Assembly (NCBI GenBank): GCA_951406725.2
Contig: OX597830.1
Location: 45,818,001 to 45,882,000 of the forward strand
Length of the DNA stretch: 64,000 bases
Direction of reading: 5' to 3'
Source: Octopus vulgaris
Lineage: Eukaryota
Part shown: positions 52,649-64,000 of the stretch, one piece after another
Layout: each line of letters opens with the position of its first letter
Position numbering within the stretch: position 1 is the stretch's first letter
Notes under the pieces: generated by a model
Told to the model about the DNA's origin: nothing
Database searches by the model: none
What the model saw: the letters and a program-made list of their open reading frames with translations, nothing else
Program-made: the position numbers and the translations under genes

Positions 52649-53661
52649 TGTATATGTACATATAAACATGTAATGGACTCTCCTATCGAAGACGACAGAT
52701 GAGTGCTCAGGTTTTGCTGAACAACCTGCACAAATGATTTGTTCTGGTGATCAAATGCATGTGCTGTACATTAGCTCAGTCTGTCCGTCGAATTATCTTT
52801 CCCTAAACATATGCATGGTGTCAAAGTGATCGCAGAGGGACATGAAATGAAGTGTTTTGCTCAAGAGCGCAATGCACCACCCAATCAGGAAATGAAATCA
52901 CAACCTCAGGATCATAACTGCAAAACCCTAACCACTAGACCATGTGCCCTCTATAAAGGCATCCAGCCGTAGAAACACTGCCAGATTTGACTGGGCCTGA
53001 TGAAGCCTTCTGGCTTCACAGACCCCAGTAGAACCGTCCAACCCATGCTAGCATGGAAAATGGACGCTAAACGATGATGATGATGATGATATATATATAT
53101 GCTAGCACGGAAAACGGATGTTAAACGATGATGATGGTGTCACATAACAGGCCCCCATACGGGTGGTACATGGAAAGCACACTTTGAACATTGGGCCTCA
53201 CAGAGGTGATAAGTGACAAAGACCTTTTGCAATATGCCATGCTTGAGAAGACTCGGCAAGCCAAATAAAATCACAGCTGTGGCTGATCCCGCTGTCATGT
53301 AACAGTCAATTGAAAAACACCCATTAAGTAGTTGGTGTTAGGAAGGGCATGCAGCCATAGAAACGATGCCAAATCAGATTGCAACCGATGTAGCTCTCCA
53401 GCATACCAGATTCTATCTCACCATCTGACCTATGCCATCATGGAATGCAGACAATAGATGATGATGCTCATACATACATATACCTGCATATATACATACA
53501 TATATATATACATGCATACATACAAATATATATATATATACACGCATACATACAAATACATATATATATACACGCATACATACATATACATATATATATA
53601 TATATACATACATACATATATACATACATGTACATATATATATATATATACATATATACAT

Positions 53662-53698
<37 letters not shown>

Positions 53699-53719
53699 CA
53701 TATATACATATATATACAT

Positions 53720-53752
<33 letters not shown>

Positions 53753-54563
53753 CATATGGTGAACCAGCCAGGATCCCTGGTCTGGTGGTACGTAAAAAGC
53801 ACTATCCGACTCGTGGCCGTGGCACGTAAAATACTCCAATGCGACCGTACGACAGGCACCCATTCCAACCCCCTTTGCTTGTGAAGACATGTTGGGGCAA
53901 GCGAAATCGAAATCGAATTGAACCAGCCAGGATCCCTGGTCTGGTGGTACGTAAAAAGCACTATCCGACTCGTGGCCGATGCCAGCACCGCCTCGACTGG
54001 CTTCCGTGCCGGTGGCACATAAAATACACCAATCTGACCGTGGCCATTGCCAGCCTCGCCTGGCACCTGTGCAGGTGGCACGTAAAAAGCACCCACTACA
54101 CTCACGGAGTTGTTGGCGTTAGGAAGGGCATCCAGCTGTAGAAACATTGCCAGATTAGACTGGAGCCTGGTGCAGCCTTCTGGTTTCCCAGAACCCCGGT
54201 CGAACCGTCCAACCCATGCTAGCATGGAGAACGGACGTTAAACGATGATGATGATGATATACATATATATACATACACACACATATATATACATATACAT
54301 ATATATACATACACACACATATATATATATACATACACACACATATATATATATATACATATATATATATAAATATATATACATGTATATATATATAAAT
54401 ATATATACATACATATATGCATATATATATATACATATATACATACATATATGCATATATATATATACATACATATATGCATATATATATATACATATAT
54501 ACAAACATATATGCATATATACATATATGCATATATATATATATACATAAATACATACATATA

Positions 54564-54599
<36 letters not shown>

Positions 54600-55186
54600 T
54601 ATATATACATATATACATACATATTTACATATATATATATATATACACACACATATATACATATAAACATATATATATATTCATCATCGTTTAACGTCCA
54701 CTTTCCATGCTAGCATGGATTGGACGATTTTGAGTGAGGGCTGGCGAGCCAGATGGCTGCACCAGGCTCCAATCCTGATCTGGCAGAGTTTCTACAGCTG
54801 GATGCCCTTCCTCATGCCAACCACTCTGAGAGTGTAGTGGGTGCTTTTTACGTGCCACTGGCACGGGGGCCAGTCAGGTGGAACTGGCAATGACCTCGCT
54901 CGAATCTTTTTACACATGCCAGTGAAACAATGTAGGTAACGATCACGCTCGAATGGTGCCCTTTTACGTGCCATGGGTACAGAAGCTAGTTGGCTGCTCT
55001 GGCAATGCTCAGATGGTGCTCTTGGCATCCTACTAGCACAGGCATAAGTGCCAGTAAGGCGACGCTGGTAACGATCATACCCGTATAGCCGCTCTGTCAA
55101 CGATCACACTCATATGGTGCTCTTTGCACCCCGCTAGCACGAATATTAGTCATCAAATTGATTTTGATATATTCATTTATATAATA

Positions 55187-55580
55187 CTAGCAGTATCGCC
55201 CGGCATTGCTCGGGTTTGTAAGGGAAATAACTATATAAGCATTTTTAGAGATGTAAAGTATAATAGCCATCTCAATATGGCTAACCACAAAGGGGGTGTT
55301 ACTGTAGCTTTTTACGTTCTGAGATTTAATAATAAATTGTTAGAGAGCTACTTCCCTTATATATGCCAAAAATGCATTAAAAATGGGAAAAATTGATGGT
55401 AAATTATTTTTAAAATCGTAGACTCATCGTAGACGCGCGCTAATACCCAGAAGAGCTCGATATGAATCACAACTATAAAATACCCGATTTTGGTTAAACT
55501 GCACCGAAAAATGTGGGAGTAGTTAGGAATCTAAATCGTAGGAGACAGACAGCACACAACCTCACTTTTATATATAAAGA
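55187..55580 (-). mobile_element. Non-autonomous Helitron (same family as 26506-27022)
   Basis: Same TC...hairpin-CTAG termini on the minus strand, A|T insertion site; shared ~65-bp and ~200-bp terminal blocks. Confidence 0.87.
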
Positions 55581-55841
55581 TTTTTGTATGCTTTATTCAT
55601 TTATATAATATTTTTGTATGCTTTTGATGTTCTCATTTGTTAAATGAATAAATAATCCAACATTATAATATCCGTAAGCTGATGAACAAACTAAATTTGT
55701 TTCTCCATTTTCTTATTTGTATTATATATATATACATACATATACATATATATACATACATACATATATATATATATACATACATATATATATATATACA
55801 TACATACATATATATATACATACATATATATATATATGCAT

Positions 55842-55873
<32 letters not shown>

Positions 55874-55926
55874 CAGAAATATTTAATTTCTAAATATCTC
55901 ATAGAGATATGTACGGTGGTGGAGCA

Positions 55927-56254
55927 ATAGAGTGGTTGTATACTGTCAACTTAACGTGACAGTCCTGTAAGGGAATTACACCACCGCTGTTTAGCCCTAG
56001 GAAGCATCGATGCTTCCTGTCGGCCTTGATACATTTCCTGTGTCCTTATATATTTACGAAGGGGAGACAAACACCCCTAGCTGTTGGGGGTGTTTGTCTC
56101 CCAACACCCCCAAGCTGTTGGGGGTGTTTGTCTCCCCTTCGTAAATATATAAGGACACAGGAAATGTGTCAAGGCCGACAGGAAGCATCGATGCTTCCTA
56201 GGGCTAAACAGCGGTGGACTGTCAGGTTAAGTTGACAGTATACAACCACTCTAT
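55927..56254. mobile_element. Near-perfect 328-bp palindromic (foldback) element
   Basis: ATAGAGTGGTTGTATACTGTCAACTTAAC...GGGGAGACAAACACCCC mirrored by GGGGTGTTTGTCTCCCC...GTTAAGTTGACAGTATACAACCACTCTAT. Confidence 0.9.
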
Positions 56255-56572
56255 ATATATATATATATGTATATACACGCAAATATATTTGCATATATAC
56301 ATGCACATATATCATCATCATTCAGCGTCCGCTTTCCATGCTAGCATGGGTTGGATGGTTCAACTGGGGTCTGGGAAGCCAGAAGGCTGCACCAGGCCCA
56401 GTCTGATCTGGCAATGTTTCTATGGCTGGATGCCCTTCCTAACGCCAACCACTCCGTGAGTGTAGTGGGTGCTTTTTATGTGCCACCGGCACAGTTGCCA
56501 GACGGGGCTGGCAAACGGCCATGGTTGGATGGTGCTTTTTATATATATATATATATATATATATACATACAT

Positions 56573-57152
56573 GCATGTATGTGCAAGAGAGACATTTGCG
56601 CTGGTATGGTCATGTACTAGGGAAGGACAAGGAGAGCTGTGTGAAAAACTGCCACTCCTAAACAGTTGAAGGAAACCGGAGTAGAAGTAGACCCAGGAAG
56701 ACATGGGAGGAGGTGGTGAAGCATGACCTTCGAACATTGGGCCCCACAGAGGTGATGATGAAAGAACAAGACCTCTGCAGGTATGCTGTGACTGTGAAGA
56801 CCCAGCAAATAAAGTGAATTTAGAGCTGTAACCTACACTGGTGTTACATAACCAGTCTAAGCCAATTCAAAAGTACCTTGGATCGTAGGGCGACATGCTG
56901 TGCTTCAGGAGACCTATTCAGTCAAGTACATCAAAATCAAATGGAAATAGTAGTTGTGATCCCCATGCCAGTGGAACATAAAAAGTACCAATCAATCTTG
57001 GTCTTTGCCAGCCTCCTCTGGCCCCTGTGCAGGTAGCACGTAAAAAGCACCCACTAAACTCTAAGAGTGGTTGGCAGGAAGTGCATCCAGCTGTAGAAAT
57101 GCTGCCAGATCAGACTGGAGCATGGAAAACGGACGTTAAACGATGATGATGA
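56573..57152 (+). mobile_element. RTE LINE 3' fragment
   Basis: HLRWYGHV..GRPRKTW-like C-terminus followed by the family 3' UTR and (GAT)n tail. Confidence 0.75.
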
Positions 57153-57525
57153 TATATATATATGCTTATAGATATATACATGCATATATATATATACTAT
57201 ATATACATCACCATCATCATCGTTTAACTTTCCATGCTGGCATGGGTTGGACAGTTAGACTGAGGTCTGGCAAGCCAGGTGGCTGCACCAAGCTCTAGAC
57301 TGATCTAGCAGCGTTTCTACAGCTGGATGCCCTTCATAACGCCAACCACTCCGAGAGTGTAGCGGGTGCTTTCTACGTGCCACCGGCACAGAAACTATTC
57401 AGGGCGAGGGGGTGCTGGCATGTATATATGTGTGTATATATATACTTGCATATATATATATACACTATATACATGCATGTATATATACAGATATACATGA
57501 ATATATATATATACATATATACATG

Positions 57526-57583
<58 letters not shown>

Positions 57584-57856
57584 TACATACATATACATAC
57601 ATATACATATATACAAACATATATATATACATATATATATATATATACATACACACATATATATACATATATACAAACATATATATATACATATATATAT
57701 ATATATACATACACACATATATATACATATACATATATACACACATATATATATACATACATATATATATATATACATACACACATATATATGTATATAC
57801 AAGCATATATATAGATACATGCATATACACATGCGTATATACATACACATATATAC

Positions 57857-57887
<31 letters not shown>

Positions 57888-58615
57888 CATTCATATATAT
57901 ACATTCATATATATACATACATATATATACATGCATATATATATACATACATATATATACATTCATATATATACATACATATATATATATATATATATAC
58001 ATATATATCTGCACTTATATAGATATATACATACATACATATATATCTGCACTTATATAGATATATACATATGTTCTCCGTCTTTTTATCTTTGTTGTAA
58101 ACATTTGCTTGCTTTCTTACAAGAAATCTAATACTCTTAACTTAGACTTTTTGGGGGCAACCAGATTCAAACAGTCTCAAGTGTAACTGCCCGAAACTTG
58201 ACTGATGAAAGAAGGCCACAAATGACCCATCCATTTTTTTTCCTCTCCGCCTTTGCATTGCCTATCTGTCCAGGTGTTTTATTGTCCTCTATTGCATTTT
58301 TGTTCCATGAACAGATTGGAGCCTGGTGCAGCCATCTGTTTCGCTAGTCCTCAGTCAAATCATCCAACCTATGCTAGCATGGAAAGCGGACATTAAACGA
58401 TGATGATGATATATATATTTTTTTTTCCTCTGGTTTCAGCTCAGAGCTGCGGCCATGCTGATGCACCGCCGTTTTGTGCTACACTGTTATTGCAAAGAAC
58501 CTTGTCTAATATGTGGCACTTGGTGAAGAATGGAGTTTCATATAGCTACTCTCATTTGCACCTCTTGCCGTGAGGTAGGTTCATCTGGGACTCTCGACAG
58601 GAAGATGTCTATATA

Positions 58616-59020
58616 TTACTCTTTTACTTGTTTCAGTCATTTGACTGCGGCCATGCTGGAGCACCGCCTTTAGTTGAGCAAATCGACCCCGGGACTTATT
58701 CTTTGTAAGCCCAGTACTTATTCTATCGGTCTCTTTTTGCCGAACCGCTAAGTGACAGGGACATAAACACACGAGCATCGGTTGTCAAGCAATGCTAGGG
58801 GGACAAACACAGACACACAACCACACACACACACATATATATATATATACATATATACGACAGGCTTCTTTCAGTTTCCGTCTACCAAATCCACTCACAA
58901 GGCATTGGTCGGCCCGGGGCTATAGCAGAAGACACTTGCCCAAGATGCCACGCAGTGGGACTGAACCCGGAACCATGTGGTTGGTTAGCAAGCTACTTAC
59001 CACACAGCCACCCCTGTGCC
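58616..59020 (-). mobile_element. tRNA-derived SINE, family A
   Basis: Reverse complement of 29298-29671, high identity by eye. Confidence 0.88.
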
Positions 59021-59229
59021 TATATATATATACGTACACACACACACATACATGTATATATATATATATACACACACACACACTCATACATATAAACAGA
59101 GCCTGAAAGACTGCTTTAAGATACATGGAGTATTTTATACATATACCTGTTCAAGTATCATGAAGGTATGAAACTATTAGTAAATGTTGGTTGTGCATTT
59201 AATGTTCGGATGTATGTATGTATTTAATG

Positions 59230-59269
<40 letters not shown>

Positions 59270-59308
59270 TACCAATATGCATTTATATGTATATATAACG
59301 GCATATAT

Positions 59309-59361
<53 letters not shown>

Positions 59362-59381
59362 TACCGATATGCATATATATG

Positions 59382-59421
<40 letters not shown>

Positions 59422-59449
59422 CATGCAGATATATATATGTATATCTAAG

Positions 59450-60755
59450 TCATTTACATTGATCATAGTACTCATGTGGTACTTATTTTCTTGACCCTTC
59501 ATTGGTGGCATTAGAACTTAGTAAGTTGGAAGATATGTTGCTAGGCATTTTTCTGGTGCACTAACGATTCTGCCAAGCTCACTGCCTTAATAATATTTCT
59601 GATATAAGACCAGCAATTTTGAAGGGAGGGAGGGGATAGTCGAGTATCTAACCCCGCCTCCCGCTGTCAGTACTTGACTGGTACTTTATTTTATCAACCC
59701 TTGGTGGCATCTGAGTTCAGACTGCAAAAAGCCACAAGAACTGCCACTCAGCAAATTCCCCTTTTCTGCTAACTTGCCACTTTAACAATAATAATAATTC
59801 TTTCTGCCATCGGCATAATGCTTAAAATTTTTCAGGGTGGAGATAAGTCATTTACATCAACCCCAGTACTTAACCAGTACTTATTTCATTGACCCTGAAA
59901 GGATGAAAGGCAAAGTTGACCATGGTGACATGTGAACCTAAACGCAGAGCTGGAAGAAATGCTACTAATCATACTCTTGCCATCTTAATAATCCTTTCTA
60001 CTAAAGGCGGAGGGGCCTAGTCAATTACATCAACCCTCAGTGTTTCACTGATCATTTATTGACCCCAAAAGAATGAAAGACAAAGTCAACCTGGACGGAA
60101 TTTGAACTCAGAACATAAGGATGGACAAAATGCCGCTAAGCATTTCTCCCAGCATGCTTACAATTCTGCCAGCTTGCCGCTCTACAAAATAATAACAATC
60201 CTTCCTACTATAGGCACAAGGCCTGAAATTGAGGGTGAAGTGGGGCAGTTGATCACATCGATCTCAGTACTTCACTGGTACTTAATTTATCGACCCCGAA
60301 AGGATGAAAGGCAAAGTTGACCTCAGAATGTAAGGACAGACGAAATGCCGCGAAGCATTTCGCCAAGCGTGGTAACGATTCTGCCAGCTTGCCACCTTAA
60401 TAATTATAATAGTAATAATGATTTCAAACGTTTGGCACAAGGCCTGCAATTTCAACCACAGCATTCAACTGGTGCTTATTTTCTTGACCCGAAAAGATAT
60501 GAAAGGCAACCTCAGCAGAATTTCAACTAAGTAAGTGAAAAAAATGACAAAATGATGCCAAGCATTTTGTCTGGCACAGTAATGATTCTGCCAGCTTGAT
60601 GATAATAATAATAATAATAATTTTTTCTACTATAGGCACAAGGCCTGAACTTTTGTGGGGAGGGGGACAATTGAACACATTGACCCCAGTACTTGGCTGG
60701 TACTTAATTTATCGATCCTGAAAGGATGAAAGGCAAAGTTGACCTCGGCGGAATA
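59450..60755. repeat. Cluster of about 6-7 diverged family-B SINE-related units, mostly minus strand, joined by (AAT)n linkers
   Basis: Repeated GTACTT..TT..(C/T)GACCC.GAAAGGATGAAAGGCAAAGTTGACC and ..AAGCATTT..GATTCTGCCAGCT blocks, the reverse complement of 40931-41161. Confidence 0.8.
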
Positions 60756-61195
60756 GTAGTAGTAAGAAGAAGAAGAAGTTAAAATAAACATTATAATTTA
60801 TTTACCAAAGAATATATTGCAAATCAACAACCCTAAATAGGTTAATGTAGAGAAGTGGAGCATATGTCGATACATTTGCAATTATTTTAACTGAATGAAT
60901 GAAAATCAAAAAAAAAAAACATTTATTATTATTATTTTATTTTTTGCTTTTTGATGGAATTTTAATCTGGTTTATTTAATGACTAAAAAAATTCTCACCA
61001 TGTGCAACATTACGGACGTGTGCACGCAGTTATTTTGCTTTTTTTCTTCTTTGCATGATAGGAAACAATAAATTAACTAAAACTCATGTCATTAGAGAAA
61101 TTCATAAGAATCCTGCATCAATGTAGAGGCGAGGGGGTAGAATAACATATTACCGATGTTAAATTCTCTGACAGAGACAAGTTAGTTGTGCTTAC

Positions 61196-61229
61196 ATATA
61201 AATAATGTGTGTTGGAGTTGCTTCATCAT
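61196..61229 (-). CDS. Candidate alternative first coding exon of the AGAP gene (MMKQLQHTLFI + phase 1)
   Basis: ATG ATG AAG CAA CTC CAA CAC ACA TTA TTT ATA T|gtaagc; phase 1 joins exon 16041-16099 in frame (..FIY-SFVNSQEW); in-frame stop upstream; no homology support. Confidence 0.33.
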
Positions 61230-62102
61230 AATTACAGCACACGAGTTCAGGGAGCCGTTGGTGCTTAACTGCTGCTCTTTAAATTATTCGGCAATGCTAG
61301 ACTGAACTGTGAGTATAGAGCATGGATACGTGACATCATGGCTAGAATTATAATTAAATTTCAATACTAACAAAACAATTATGTCGCTTGAAACAAGTAA
61401 AAATGTTATTTCTTCTGTAAGAATGACAAAGATTCTGCACATCCAAAAATACCAGTAAGCAGCAAAAACCAATTCCAGTTGAAAATGATTCTGAAAGCGC
61501 CTTACTTCAGATGTTTTCACACAGCAGGTGCTCCTTAAATAGCTAACCTGCACTGTATATTATTTTACAGATATCCTTATTCAAAGAGATTTTCTACTTT
61601 TGAAACATTTGGTACCATTAAAGTATGCAACCTTTAATTAAATATCAAATATGCTTGTAAAGCCTTCTCTCTAAAAGCAGTTGCTGAAATGCGAATGCGA
61701 GCATAGTTTTAAAATAACTAAAACTCGCCAATAATGCAAAAGATTATGGCATACAAGCGAACTTTGCAAAACAATAAGGAATACTGTGCAAAAAAGATGA
61801 GCAACTTGGATGAGAAAAGCGAAGAAAAGGATAAAATTAGGTCATATTAGTCATTAGAAAGAGGCACGGAGAATGAATTTGTACTGTTATACATTCCTAC
61901 ATAGTATCAACTGTTATTTGCCCCTACTACACACTAATGTTAATAACAAAATAATCGAGCCTTAGTCCCAAAATAACGAATGCACAAAAAAAAAAATGTG
62001 TGTGGGGGGTAGATTAACTTGGATTTGAAAATACACAAATCACACGCGTAGATTGATGCTTACTAAAATAATAAGGATAAAAGACTTCATCGTTTTCCTT
62101 CA

Positions 62103-62138
<36 letters not shown>

Positions 62139-62900
62139 TTAAATTTGTGGAAGAAAAAGAACTATTAAATATTATAATTGACTAAAGTATCTCCAAGTAA
62201 AAATTACATTCGACGAAAATCCAAGGAATCCAAGCTATGTTCTTCCATAAATTAAATATTTTGTTAAGAGAGAGAAAGAGAGAACGGTGCGTCAGACGGA
62301 AGAGAAAGTAGATGGAAGTAGTAATATAGACGACGTTAGTAGATTTCGAGTTAGTGTAGGTAATAGGGAAGTAGGTAGGTAAAACTAGCTGATGCGAGCT
62401 ACAAGAGAGAAGAAAGGCGCCGGTTGTAGTCATCATACATACGGCAACACTACTACTACTATAACTACTACTACCACAACAACTACTACTAGTAGTAGTA
62501 TTATTATTACTGCTGCTACTACAACTACTACTACTGCAACTACTATTCTGCTTCCCTTCTGTATTTAGTCATTTCACCAGGAAAGAGAGCAAGACCAAAC
62601 GTCAGTATCAGCTGATATAGCAGGAGAAAGTGGCCTTGTCATAGTAGCAGTAGTTGGATAGAACAGTGGTCAGTTTATTTATTGGATATTTCCTTACAAG
62701 CTTGCCGGATGAATATTAAAACTGGCCATTTTACGAAGTAGTTAACTGCTACAACGACTACTGTTGCAGTTTTGATGAAATAAAAATTTGAAGACAAAAT
62801 ACATTCGATTTCTGCAGAGTTCCTAATTAGCTATTATATAAAATCAGTTCTAATAGAACGGAATGACAGACGGGGAAAAGATATGGGAGAAACGGTTGAA
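61230..62900 (-). promoter_or_regulatory. Transposon-poor, CpG-retaining region: candidate promoter/5' UTR
   Basis: No recognisable TE; visibly more CpG than flanking introns (e.g. 62280-62450); pyrimidine-rich minus strand and (TAG)n/(CTA)n tract. Confidence 0.4.
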
Positions 62901-63643
62901 GCAATTCTCAAAATGGGGGATCAGTTTCGGTAGCTGTAAATCGATCCCTGTTTATGCAGAACATAGGTGTTTCACAATGAAATTTGGTTTAATATAATTA
63001 AGCAAACTCATCTAGTCTACATAGATACCAGTATAATTAAAGATATATTAGAAAAATAACCGTTTGCTTAAAATGAAATTTAAGGAGTCGGTTTTAGAGT
63101 ATAAAAATGTATGAAGACAAGCAAATCTTGAGAGATAAATGGAGAGTTATCAGTGGTTAATGTTTTGCGCAGACAACCCTCGCCAAGTTCTATCTCCAAT
63201 GTACCTTCGCTCAATGTCTTTACTTCCACCAATATCGTGAACAATGAAAGCAAGAAAGAAAAAAGATTATAGAATAATTCGATGAAGTATCTTAAAAGAA
63301 TGGATCAACTGAAAGAATTCCTTGTTGCTGAGAAGATGATATCTAATTCAATTTCAAGAGAAAAGACATTGGCAAGCGAAGAAATGTGAAGATAAGACAC
63401 TTCACACATGTCTGATATTTAATATTTAACAAGCAAACGTCATATTGCTGGTGTTTTGCTATTCAAAGTCACACATAATAATTAGTCATTAGATTAATAG
63501 CATTTAAAGAGAATGGAAATCGATGACAAGAAACATCCAGGTCAAAAATAGAGGAATTGTATAAAAACGAGATGTTAAAAATAATTGAAATTTGTAGACA
63601 TATTTCTATCAGAAAAATCACTGAATTTATAATACACACACAC

Positions 63644-63699
<56 letters not shown>

Positions 63700-64000
63700 C
63701 AGAGTGTATAAAATATGGAATTAGAATTCATGTTCGTATCATGTAGTATCTGTACACATTGCACACCCACTAATAATAATATAATGCAGCATCAGAGTCA
63801 ACAAGGAAGAATTCTGCCAATAAATCATACAATTTTGACATTTTGTTTTAGATGGGCCTGGGAGGTGTTACATTAGATTGGCAAAATGAACGATGATCGG
63901 TGCTTCCACTCGACCGGTATCAGAATTATTATTATTATTATTATTATTATTGACAAAAACCTGTAAAGAAAACGTGAATTCTCTGCGAAGCTGAGTATGC

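Noticed and set aside
57373-58131. Long ORFs rich in Y/I/C/V/M/H/T (also at about 18.0-18.4, 37.3-37.6, 53.4-54.7, 55.7-55.9 and 59.2-59.5 kb)
   Set aside because: Translations of (TA)n/(TACA)n/(TG)n microsatellites, which lack stop codons; open in several frames on both strands
58170-58230. CCGAAAC..CTGATGA hammerhead-like words
   Set aside because: Order and spacing give no consistent stems
61284-61553. 89-aa minus-strand ORF near the putative promoter
   Set aside because: Does not start with ATG, no recognisable domain, stops before the candidate exon; more likely UTR

Overview
AT-rich eukaryotic genomic DNA, almost all intronic. The repeat landscape (RTE LINEs with (GAT)n tails, tRNA-derived SINEs, long (TA)n/(TACA)n tracts) suggests a cephalopod such as Octopus; this is inference. 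The only host protein-coding signal I can support is the 5' part of an AGAP1/centaurin-gamma (CenG1A-like) gene on the minus strand. Two short coding exons missed by the ORF track have canonical splice sites: 16041-16099 ((D)SFVNSQEWTLSRAVPDLKL) and 6497-6584 ([29 protein letters not shown](G)). A candidate alternative first exon lies at about 61.2 kb, next to a CpG-retaining promoter-like region. The introns hold a TIR-to-TIR but dead DD37D (maT) transposon, hAT and piggyBac MITEs with intact TSDs, two non-autonomous Helitrons, RTE, L1/Tx1 and Penelope fragments, SINEs, two foldback elements and a 1000-bp solo LTR. The most unusual observations are: (i) a scrambled local re-duplication of the 59-nt exon and both its splice sites, creating a candidate same-phase 11-nt microexon; (ii) several minimal hammerhead-ribozyme-like motifs in Penelope-associated repeats, two followed by a shared unexplained motif; (iii) a solo LTR with its own promoter and a 103-aa ORF antisense to the host gene. 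Nearly all tracked ORFs are microsatellite or repeat artefacts. All coordinates and folds were read by eye.
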